Assembly (NCBI GenBank): GCA_934167485.1
Contig: CAKPKL010000007.1
Span: forward strand, 12,186 to 76,185
Length of the DNA: 64,000 nt
Origin: an uncultured Bacilli bacterium
GTDB taxonomy: Bacteria; Bacillota_I; Bacilli_A; RF39; UBA660
Reading direction: 5' to 3'
Position 1 is the first letter of the stretch. Every line of letters starts with the position of its first letter. Shown piece after piece: positions 55,248 through 63,198 of this stretch. A program made the translations under genes and the position numbers. A model generated the notes under the pieces. It was not told where the DNA came from and did no database searches. It saw only the letters and a list, made by a program, of their open reading frames with translations.

Positions 55248-57554
55248 ATGATAGATGTTGAAGAAATTTTAGACTTAGTTGTAGTTAAAAGAAATGGTAA
55301 AAAAGTCGATTTTGACGGAACTAAAATTGCAATGGCTATCAAGAAAGGTTTTGATAGTGTAAATGAACAAGATGAGGAGACTGGAAAGTATAAATATGAT
55401 TCAAAAGATATTACTAAAGTATATAATGAAGTAATTAAATCTATTGAAAAAGAGTATAAGGATAAAGAAAAAATAAAAATAGAAGAAATACAAGATTTAA
55501 TTGAAAAATCTTTAGAGAAAAAAGGATATACCGAGGTACATGATTCGTTTTCTGAATATAGAGAAAGACGTGCTCAATCAAGAGAAATGTTTGTTGATGA
55601 CAAAAGATTGCACAAGTTTTTAAAAACTATTGAGGGATTAGGTCTTAAATCAGCAGATGAAGATGATACTAAAAGAGAAAATGCGAATGTAGATGGCGAT
55701 ACTGCTATGGGAACTATGTTACAATATGGTTCTACTGTATCTAAAGAATTCGCTAAATCATATTTAATGAAGAAAAAATTTGCAGATGCTCATGATGATG
55801 GAGACATTCACATTCATGATATGGATTTCCTTCCAATGGGAACTACTACTTGTATGCAAATTGAACTTGATAGATTATTTAAAAAAGGTTTTTCTACAGG
55901 ACATGGTTATTTAAGACCACCTAAGGATATAACTAGTTTTGGTGCACTTGCAGCTATCGCAATACAAGCTGATCAAAATGATCAACACGGTGGACAAAGT
56001 ATTCCAGCTTTTGATTATTATATGGCACCAGGAGTACTTTCAACTTTTAAAAAACAATTTAAACAACAATTAAGTGATTTTCTTGATTTAGAAGGATTAC
56101 TTAGTCATATAAGTATGGATAGAATTGCTCGTGAGGTAGATAAACTAGAAAGTATTAAGTTTAGTATAGAAATATTTGAACCTATATACAAGGAATCAGA
56201 AGTAATTAAAAGATTATTTGAAAAAGCTTATGAAAAAGCATATGCTAAAACAGATAGAATTACTTATCAAGCAATGGAAGCATTTGTTCATAACTTAAAT
56301 ACTATGCATTCTCGTGCTGGAGCTCAAGTACCATTTTCATCAATTAATTTTGGTACTGATATAAGTCCAGAAGGAAGAATGGTATCACTTAATTTCTTAA
56401 AAGCCACTGATGCTGGTCTTGGAAAAGGTGAAACACCAATATTTCCTGTATCAATTTTTAAAGTAAAAGAAGGTATAAACTTTAACAAAGAAGATCCAAA
56501 TTATGATATATTTAGAAAATCTTGTGAAGTAAGTTCAAAAAGATTATTCCCTAACTTTTCATTTTTAGATGCTCCATTTAATTTAGAATTTTATAAACCA
56601 GGAGATTATAGAACAGAAGTTGGGTATATGGGATGTAGAACTCGTGTTATGAGTGATGTAACTGATCCTAATAATCAAACAACAGGTGGTAGAGGTAATT
56701 TATCATTCACTTCTATAAATTTACCAAGATTAGGTATTAAACATGGTATTTGTCTTAAAGAAAGAGATAAAGCTGACATGAAAGGCTTTTATGAAGAATT
56801 AGGTAATTTAATGGAGCTTGTACGTGATCAACTATTAGAAAGATTTGAAATTCAATGTAATAAAAGATGTTATAACTTCCCATTCTTAATTGGACAAGGT
56901 GTTTGGACAAATGGAGAAACATTAAAACCTACTGATAGAATGAGAAAAATATTAAAACATGGCAGTTTAACTTTAGGGTTTATTGGACTTGCGGAAACTC
57001 TAAAAGCTTTAATTGGTGAACACCATGGTGAATCAGAAGCGGCACAAAAATTAGGACTTGAAATAATTGGATTTATGAGAAAGAAAGCAGATGAATTCTC
57101 TAAGGAATATAATTTAAACTTTACAGTAATAGCAACTCCAGCAGAAGGACTTTCTGGTAGATTTGTAAATATAGATAGAGCACTTTATGGACGTATTAAA
57201 GGAGTTACAGATAGGGACTATTATACTAATTCATTCCATGTACCTGTATACTATAATACATCTATTAAACATAAATTAGAAGTTGAAGCTCCATATCATG
57301 CATTAACAAATGGTGGACATATTTCTTATATTGAATTTGATGGAAATACTGCTATGAATGTAGATGCTTTTGAAAGTGTTATTAGAGAAATGAAAGAATT
57401 AGGAATTGGTTATGGCGCTATTAACCATCCTGTAGATAGAGATCCTGTTTGCGGATATGTAGGGGTAATTGGTGATGTATGTCCTGGATGTGGACGAAAA
57501 GAATTTGATGCTGTACCTCTTGAAGATGTAAAACATTTTCAATGTGGTTGTTAA
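55248..57554 (+). CDS. nrdD: Anaerobic ribonucleoside-triphosphate reductase NrdD, ending at an in-frame TAA before the glycyl-radical segment
   Basis: ATP-cone (VVKRNGKKVDFDGTKIAMAI), the class III RNR core, and the C-terminal Cys cluster CPGCGRKEF...FQCGC*. The usual RVxGY glycyl-radical motif is absent from this ORF. Confidence 0.9.
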   Translation: MIDVEEILDLVVVKRNGKKVDFDGTKIAMAIKKGFDSVNEQDEETGKYKYDSKDITKVYNEVIKSIEKEYKDKEKIKIEEIQDLIEKSLEKKGYTEVHDSFSEYRERRAQSREMFVDDKRLHKFLKTIEGLGLKSADEDDTKRENANVDGDTAMGTMLQYGSTVSKEFAKSYLMKKKFADAHDDGDIHIHDMDFLPMGTTTCMQIELDRLFKKGFSTGHGYLRPPKDITSFGALAAIAIQADQNDQHGGQSIPAFDYYMAPGVLSTFKKQFKQQLSDFLDLEGLLSHISMDRIAREVDKLESIKFSIEIFEPIYKESEVIKRLFEKAYEKAYAKTDRITYQAMEAFVHNLNTMHSRAGAQVPFSSINFGTDISPEGRMVSLNFLKATDAGLGKGETPIFPVSIFKVKEGINFNKEDPNYDIFRKSCEVSSKRLFPNFSFLDAPFNLEFYKPGDYRTEVGYMGCRTRVMSDVTDPNNQTTGGRGNLSFTSINLPRLGIKHGICLKERDKADMKGFYEELGNLMELVRDQLLERFEIQCNKRCYNFPFLIGQGVWTNGETLKPTDRMRKILKHGSLTLGFIGLAETLKALIGEHHGESEAAQKLGLEIIGFMRKKADEFSKEYNLNFTVIATPAEGLSGRFVNIDRALYGRIKGVTDRDYYTNSFHVPVYYNTSIKHKLEVEAPYHALTNGGHISYIEFDGNTAMNVDAFESVIREMKELGIGYGAINHPVDRDPVCGYVGVIGDVCPGCGRKEFDAVPLEDVKHFQCGC

Positions 57555-57566
57555 AGGAGGAATAAT

Positions 57567-57737
57567 ATGGAAAAATTAGTTGGCGAGGGAGTAGGCTTTG
57601 AAAGAATAAGAAGAGTTACTGGATATTTAAGTGGTGATGTAAAGCGTTTCAATAATGGAAAAAGAGCTGAAGAAAAAGATCGTGTAAAACATTCTGGTAT
57701 TAAGGATATAATGTTAAAAGAAAAATGTGATAAATAA
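57567..57737 (+). CDS. 56-aa ORF carrying the NrdD glycyl-radical motif (absent from the supplied ORF track)
   Basis: MEKLVGEGVGFERIRRVTGYLSGDVKRFNNGKRAEEKDRVKH... matches the NrdD C-terminal consensus (RxxGYL...N.GK..E...R.KH). It is in the same frame as nrdD, 4 codons after its TAA. AGGAGG lies 6 nt before the ATG. Confidence 0.7.
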   Translation: MEKLVGEGVGFERIRRVTGYLSGDVKRFNNGKRAEEKDRVKHSGIKDIMLKEKCDK

Positions 57738-58282
57738 TGAAAATAAGACTTGCAGCAGATTTACAAGAAGATAGTATAGTTGATGGAAATGGTATAAGGA
57801 CAGTTATATGGACTCAAGGTTGTTCTCATAATTGTCCTTCTTGTCATAATCCATCAACACACTCTTTTGATGGAGGAGAACTTGTAGATGTAGAAGATGT
57901 AATAGAAAGAATAGAAAATTTATCTAATCAAGATGGAATTACATTTTCAGGTGGAGACCCTATGTTTCAAGCAAAAGCTTGTTCAATTATAGCTAAAAAA
58001 ATACACGAGTTAGGTATGAATGTTTGGGCATATACAGGTTTTACATTTGAAGAATTATTAGATAAAGGAAATAAAGAAATATTAGATTTTTTAAGAAATA
58101 TAGATGTCCTTATAGATGGAAAATTTGAACTTTCTAAAAAAAGTTTGGATATTAAATTTAGAGGTTCAACTAATCAAAGAGTAATTGATGTTCCAAGTTC
58201 TTTAGAACTACATAAAGTAGTTGAAATAGATATAGATTCTAAAAATATAAAGGAACAAAAAAAAGAAGTAATATATATATAG
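57737..58282 (+). CDS. nrdG: Anaerobic ribonucleotide reductase activating protein NrdG (radical SAM)
   Basis: GCSHNCPSCHNP (CxxxCxxC) and GGDP. The ATG overlaps the stop of the 56-aa ORF. Confidence 0.9.
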   Translation: MKIRLAADLQEDSIVDGNGIRTVIWTQGCSHNCPSCHNPSTHSFDGGELVDVEDVIERIENLSNQDGITFSGGDPMFQAKACSIIAKKIHELGMNVWAYTGFTFEELLDKGNKEILDFLRNIDVLIDGKFELSKKSLDIKFRGSTNQRVIDVPSSLELHKVVEIDIDSKNIKEQKKEVIYI

Positions 58283-58316
58283 GTAGTAGTAATACTATCT
58301 TTTGATTACAAAAATA

Positions 58317-58345
58317 TTGACAAATAGCACATAAAAATATATACT
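58317..58345 (+). promoter_or_regulatory. Sigma-A-type promoter TTGACA, 17 nt, TATACT, giving a ~190-nt leader for the DGR target gene
   Basis: Read directly from the sequence. Confidence 0.55.
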
Positions 58346-58451
58346 AAATATAGTAAAGGTAGTGGTAGTATATGGAGATATCATTAAGAAAAATTAATAA
58401 AAATAGCGCGGGGATATCTAGTTATACTATAATACCATTAGGATACATAAT

Positions 58452-58497
58452 ACAAAGATCTAGAGGATAAAACTTTAGGTTTCTTTGTGTTTTTTTT
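58452..58497 (+). terminator. Terminator-like hairpin plus U-tract inside the leader (possible attenuator or riboswitch expression platform)
   Basis: ACAAAGA/TCTTTGT outer stem and CTAGAG/CTTTAG inner stem, followed by GTTTTTTTT, about 45 nt before the RBS aaggagg. Confidence 0.45.
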
Positions 58498-58542
58498 GTA
58501 TATCTTTACAAGAGTGAAACAAAATAAAGAAGGAGGAATAAT

Positions 58543-59664
58543 ATGAAAAGAAAAGGTTTTACTTTAATAGAGTTATTAGCAGTCATAGTAATACTAGCTA
58601 TAATCGCATTAATCGCAACACCAATAGTACTAGATATAATAGAGGATAGTAAAAATTCTAGTATAAAAAGAAGTATAGAATTATATGCAGATGCAGTAGA
58701 AAATTCAGTAGCAAAAGCACAATTAAATGGGAATGCTGTACCAAGTGGAAAGTATACGACAACAGATGGTAAAACATTAACAAACGGAAATACAACAATA
58801 AAAGTAGATTATGATGGAGCTAAAACAGTATGTGAAGTAAATATAACAAATAATGGAGAAGTATCACTAAAGAATTGTAAAGTAAATGGTAAAGCAACAG
58901 AATATACATACGGGAAAGATGAAGATACAAATAATAAGACATACACAAATGGAGAAGTAGTATATTTCAATGTAGATAATGGAACAAAATGTTCAAATTA
59001 TACAGAAACTCAAAGTAATACAGGAACAAAGAGTGGCTGTATGAAATTCTATGCATTCAATGATGATGGAAAAGATACAGTAAATTTAATTTTAGATCAC
59101 AATACAACAGCAGAAGTTCTTTGGAATTTAACAGTAAGTACTGCATCAGGTCCAAAAGAAGTATTGAATCAGTTAAAAAAAGATACAACATCATGGCAAG
59201 GAACAATAACACCGGAGAATTATTCAATAGATCAATCAGAACAAGGTAGTGGAGTAAAATATGCAGTAGATTATAGTGATTATAAAGCAAGATTGATTAC
59301 AGCACAAGAAGTGGCACAAATCACCGGAAATACAACCTTTGATGAAAAAACATCAAGTTCAATATTTTACTTTGATACAAATACAACTACTGAAAGTAAA
59401 ACATGTAAATATGGAAATACAACAGGATGTAAGTATGGATGGTTATATGATAGAACAACTGATGATTGTACAAAATATGGATGTTTAAATAATTCAGATA
59501 AAAAAACATATGGATATTGGACAGCCTCTTCTCGTGCCGGCGACTCTGCCTACGCTTGGAATGTGTACTACAACGGCGGCACCTTGACCACTGGCTACGT
59601 CGGCGGTGCCCACAGCTACGGCGTTCGCCCAGTTATAACTATCTTAAAATCTAAACTCTCATAA
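58543..59664 (+). CDS. Prepilin-type N-terminal domain protein with a C-terminal DUF1566/CLec-like variable domain (DGR target-like)
   Basis: MKRKGFTLIELLAVIVILAIIALIATPIV (class III signal / N-methylation motif). The C-terminus is YWTASSRAGDSAYAWNVYYNGG...YGVRPV, with a GC-rich final ~100 nt. Confidence 0.85.
   Translation: MKRKGFTLIELLAVIVILAIIALIATPIVLDIIEDSKNSSIKRSIELYADAVENSVAKAQLNGNAVPSGKYTTTDGKTLTNGNTTIKVDYDGAKTVCEVNITNNGEVSLKNCKVNGKATEYTYGKDEDTNNKTYTNGEVVYFNVDNGTKCSNYTETQSNTGTKSGCMKFYAFNDDGKDTVNLILDHNTTAEVLWNLTVSTASGPKEVLNQLKKDTTSWQGTITPENYSIDQSEQGSGVKYAVDYSDYKARLITAQEVAQITGNTTFDEKTSSSIFYFDTNTTTESKTCKYGNTTGCKYGWLYDRTTDDCTKYGCLNNSDKKTYGYWTASSRAGDSAYAWNVYYNGGTLTTGYVGGAHSYGVRPVITILKSKLS
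59529..59632 (+). repeat. DGR variable-region-like repeat (VR) at the 3' end of the target gene
   Basis: Homologous to 59899-59999. Over the first ~40 nt all 6 mismatches fall where the downstream copy has A. It is locally GC-rich in an AT-rich genome. Confidence 0.7.
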
Positions 59665-59898
59665 AGAGTTTTGAAAGACATAGTTGAAGAATAAAAAAGA
59701 AAAGATGAAGAAAATAAAATAGATGAAAAGGTAAGTCGAACTAGTTCGGCTTGTCATAGGCAAAAATCTTTAGTTTTTGCCGTTGGGGGTGTCCGATTTG
59801 GAACAAATCGGCGACTAATAAATGAAAAAGGTTATAAATGTTAATGACATTTTATAATTGGGATAACTCTGATATATTAGGCTATTTTTGTAGATGGT

Positions 59899-59999
59899 TT
59901 CTCGTGCCGACAACTCTAACAACGCTTGGAATGTGAACTATGATGGTAACGTGAACAACAACAACGTTGACAATTCGGACAACTATGGTGTTCGCCCAG
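59899..59999 (+). repeat. DGR template-region-like repeat (TR), non-coding and AAC-rich
   Basis: In the VR frame, 10 of 33 codons are AAC. It shares its ends (TTCTCGTGCCG... and ...GTTCGCCCAG) with the VR. Confidence 0.7.
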
Positions 60000-60231
60000 A
60001 TTTCCTTTTAAACCTAGATTTATAAACCTAATGGTGATAAAGAATGGAATTGGAAAACAAGCTTTATTCTATCTATTTGAAAGAGTAGAAAAAAACTATA
60101 TCATAGATGATTATAATTATTAGTAAAACTTTTGAATTTAATTATAATCTATAAACTATGATTTTTATTTTAAGGAGCGTGATATTTTAAATTAATTTGT
60201 AGTATGTTGTATGTTGTAAGATGGAGGTATT

Positions 60232-60651
60232 ATGTTAAAAGATGTATATAATAAATATAAACTTATTTATAAAAATTATATAATACTAATTAGAAATGGT
60301 AATTTCTATTTAGCTTTAAATGATGATTCAATCGTTTTGAATAATATATTTAAATTTAAAATAATAGAATTAAAAAATTTTATTAAATGTGGTTTTCCGC
60401 TAGATTCTATTTATAAAGTAACAGATACATTGGATGATTTGAATATAAACTACTTAATTTATGATAATAATATAACTCATAAAAAGAAATATACTACTAA
60501 TAATTATTTAAAATATATCAATAAAAGTAATTATATATTATTAAAAAAAATAGATAATATTAATAATATATTAAAACTTAATATCAATAGCACGCATATT
60601 AACAATATAATTAACGATATAGAAGGTATTTTGTGCAAGATAGATTGTTGA
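60232..60651 (+). CDS. MutS domain-I-like small protein (DGR accessory 'MSL'-type candidate)
   Basis: YNKYKLIYKNYIILIRNGNFYLALNDDS...GFPLDSIYKVTDTLDDLNINYLIYD parallels the MutS N-terminus (Y..LK...P..ILF.R.GDFYE.F..DA...GIP......L...G..V.I.E). Confidence 0.55.
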   Translation: MLKDVYNKYKLIYKNYIILIRNGNFYLALNDDSIVLNNIFKFKIIELKNFIKCGFPLDSIYKVTDTLDDLNINYLIYDNNITHKKKYTTNNYLKYINKSNYILLKKIDNINNILKLNINSTHINNIINDIEGILCKIDC

Positions 60652-60896
60652 TTGTAACAAAAATAAAAAAAACTATAGAATATGTAGATAAAGTACTAAT
60701 TAATTATCCTAAGGTAGAATATACTCTTAAAAATAATATAATTAGTACTTTTTATTTGTTATTAGAAAATATATATAGAAGTAATATATATAAGGATACT
60801 ATATATATGAAAGAAAGTATTGTTAATATTAAAATGATTGAATATTATATTAAGATTAGTTTAGATAAAAAAATAAAAAGTCAAATTAAAAAGTAA
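60633..60896 (+). CDS. Avd-like (four-helix-bundle DGR accessory) protein, apparently truncated
   Basis: LLIVTKIKKTIEYVDKVLINYPKVEYTLKNNIISTFYLLLENIY follows the Avd pattern. At 87 aa it is shorter than typical. The frame continues after two stops (K*RS*KKYVNLIDASNRINRVKI*). Confidence 0.5.
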   Translation: MQDRLLIVTKIKKTIEYVDKVLINYPKVEYTLKNNIISTFYLLLENIYRSNIYKDTIYMKESIVNIKMIEYYIKISLDKKIKSQIKK

Positions 60897-61180
60897 AGGT
60901 CTTGAAAAAAATATGTAAATTTGATAGATGCTAGTAATAGAATAAATAGAGTAAAAATTTAACAAATCCCCTTTAAATTATCATAACTAAGTTCACGTTA
61001 GATAAGAAACGGGAAGTTAAATAAAAATTTTACAAATACTATCTTTTTCTTGCAATTTTTTTAAAATTGTGTATAATAAAGAACACTTGAGAAAAATTTA
61101 TTAAACACATATATTATTTTTGTCTGTTTTTAAATATATAAAAATATTTACATATATGATATAATTAAATTGGTGATAAT

Positions 61181-61651
61181 ATGAAAAAGGGATTAAAAAA
61201 TGTGATTTTTTTTGGAATGATATTCTTAATATTGGATCAAGCTGTAAAAATATTTATAAATAGTAGATTTGTACTTGGTGAAGCATATATATTAATAAAT
61301 AATTTATTGAGTATATTGCTTGTACATAATACAGGTGCAGCTTTTAGTATATTAAGTGGTAATCAAGTATTTTTAGTTATAATAGGAATACTTGCTTTAG
61401 TAGCGCTTTTATTATTTGTATATCAAGGTGATAATTATAGTGACTATGAAATATTTGCTTACTCATTATTATTTGGTGGAATACTTGGTAATTTAATAGA
61501 TAGAATATTTTATGGATATGTAATAGATTTTATAAGTTTAACATTTGTAGGTTATAACTTTCCAATATTTAATATAGCTGATATGTGTATAGTAGCAAGT
61601 GTTATACTAATTATAATAAAAGTAATAAAGGGAGATTTATGGAGAGAATAG
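61181..61651 (+). CDS. lspA: Lipoprotein signal peptidase II
   Basis: NTGAAFS and FPIFNIADMCI motifs, with 4 TM segments. Confidence 0.9.
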   Translation: MKKGLKNVIFFGMIFLILDQAVKIFINSRFVLGEAYILINNLLSILLVHNTGAAFSILSGNQVFLVIIGILALVALLLFVYQGDNYSDYEIFAYSLLFGGILGNLIDRIFYGYVIDFISLTFVGYNFPIFNIADMCIVASVILIIIKVIKGDLWRE

Positions 61652-62541
61652 TAATAGAAGATGATATAAACATTAGATTAGATGCATACTTAAGTAAAAA
61701 TATTGATTATAGTAGAAGCAAAATATCAAAAATGATAACTAATGGTGATATAAAAGTAAATGATTTAAAAGTAAAGAATAGTTATTTATTAAAAAAAGAC
61801 GATATAATAGAAATTGGAGATATAGAAGTAGAAAACATGAATGTTGAAGCTGAAAATATACCACTTGATATAGTATATGAGGATGATGATGTTTTGGTTG
61901 TTAATAAACCAAATGGAATGGTAGTGCATCCAGCTATAGGTAATAATCATGGCACTCTTGTAAATGCACTTCTTTATTATTCAAAGAATTTAAGTACAAT
62001 AAACGGAGAATTTAGACCAGGAATAGTTCATAGGATAGATGCCTATACAACAGGGCTTCTTATGGTAGCTAAAAATGATAAAGCACATGAAATTTTATCT
62101 AAAGAATTAAGTGAGAAGAAAACAACCAGAAAGTATATTGCTCTTGTATGGGGAGTAATTAAAGAGGATACTGCTACTATAGATGCACCAATAGGAAGAG
62201 ATATTAATGATAGAAAGAAAATGAGTGTTACAAGCATTAATAGTAAGGATGCTATAACTCATCTTAAAGTATTAGAACGTTTTAAAGATACTACCTTAAT
62301 AGAATTAAAATTAGAAACAGGTAGAACTCATCAAATAAGAGTCCATATGAATTATATAGGACATCCAGTAGTTAATGATCCTGTATATGGTAGAAGAAAA
62401 ATAATAGATGAAACAGGACAATGTCTTCATGCTTATGAGCTTGGATTTATTCATCCAACCACAAATAAATACCTGGAGTTTACTTGTGAGTTACCAGAAT
62501 GTTTTACAAATATATTAAATAAATTTAAGGAGGTGTCATAA
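61639..62541 (+). CDS. rluD: 23S rRNA pseudouridine synthase, RluD family
   Basis: S4 domain (RLDAYLSK) and catalytic HRIDAYTTGLL. I chose the ATG at 61639 (MERIVIED), which overlaps the end of lspA. Confidence 0.88.
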   Translation: MERIVIEDDINIRLDAYLSKNIDYSRSKISKMITNGDIKVNDLKVKNSYLLKKDDIIEIGDIEVENMNVEAENIPLDIVYEDDDVLVVNKPNGMVVHPAIGNNHGTLVNALLYYSKNLSTINGEFRPGIVHRIDAYTTGLLMVAKNDKAHEILSKELSEKKTTRKYIALVWGVIKEDTATIDAPIGRDINDRKKMSVTSINSKDAITHLKVLERFKDTTLIELKLETGRTHQIRVHMNYIGHPVVNDPVYGRRKIIDETGQCLHAYELGFIHPTTNKYLEFTCELPECFTNILNKFKEVS

Positions 62542-62912
62542 TGTCAATAATAGAAATTAAAAGAAAACATGAACTAGAATTAGCTCTAGAAGGTGTTAAT
62601 TTACCTAAGTGTTATAAAGATGAAGTATCAGAAAATACTAGAATACAATTATTAAGTTATATCATGGATACAGGACTTCCAGTAGAAGAAGTAAACTATT
62701 TAGTTAAAGCATATTATATGCCTTATGAAGATATTAAAAATGATACAGAAATCTATAATAGCCTAGACCAAACAATACAAATTAATTTCTTGGTTAGTTT
62801 ATGTAAAAAGTATAGTGCTAAACCAAAGACTATATTAAATAGAATTAAAGAAGTAAATGCAATTAATGTATATAGAAAAAAATCAAAACAATTTGTAAAA
62901 GGTAATAAATAA
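62541..62912 (+). CDS. Hypothetical protein (123 aa)
   Basis: ORF translationally coupled to rluD (ATG overlaps the stop). Confidence 0.5.
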   Translation: MSIIEIKRKHELELALEGVNLPKCYKDEVSENTRIQLLSYIMDTGLPVEEVNYLVKAYYMPYEDIKNDTEIYNSLDQTIQINFLVSLCKKYSAKPKTILNRIKEVNAINVYRKKSKQFVKGNK

Positions 62913-62936
62913 AGATAGTAGAAATACTATCTTTTA
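62912..62936. terminator. Bidirectional terminator AAGATAGTA-gaaa-TACTATCTT between convergent genes
   Basis: Read directly from the sequence. Confidence 0.6.
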
Positions 62937-63146
62937 TCTATAATAAGGTCCATAAACAGGATATGGATAATAATAATTGTTGTAGTAATTTGGTCTATTA
63001 TAACCGTATCCACCACCATAGAATAAAGGTGCGGCTAAACCACCAGTTATACCACCTAGTAAAAATGGTCCTAAGAATCCTCCACCTACAAATCTATCAC
63101 CATTATTTCTGTTAAAACTTTGTGGAAATTGAGTATAATTATACAT
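62934..63146 (-). CDS. Small Gly/Tyr-rich protein (possible spore-coat component)
   Basis: 70 aa with GGGFLGPFLLGGITGG and a YYNNYYYPYPVYGPYY tail. RBS aaggag. Confidence 0.5.
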   Translation of the reverse strand: MYNYTQFPQSFNRNNGDRFVGGGFLGPFLLGGITGGLAAPLFYGGGYGYNRPNYYNNYYYPYPVYGPYYR

Positions 63147-63198
63147 AAATAACTCCTTTCATGTTATAATATGTATTAGAAGGAACAAAGGTGATAAT

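Noticed and set aside
11111-60905. Three genes (E2 ATPase, nrdD, avd-like) continue in frame after a TAA. I considered programmed TAA readthrough or reassignment.
   Set aside because: Most well-defined genes in the window end in TAA at the expected position. The three cases have different local contexts: SD plus ATG after nrdD, no start after the ATPase, and two different stops in avd. They are better treated individually.
60897-61180. I searched all frames between the avd-like gene and lspA for a remnant of a DGR reverse transcriptase.
   Set aside because: There are only short stop-filled frames and no RT motif such as YxDD. The region contains a promoter-like TTGCAA...TGTATAAT for lspA instead.
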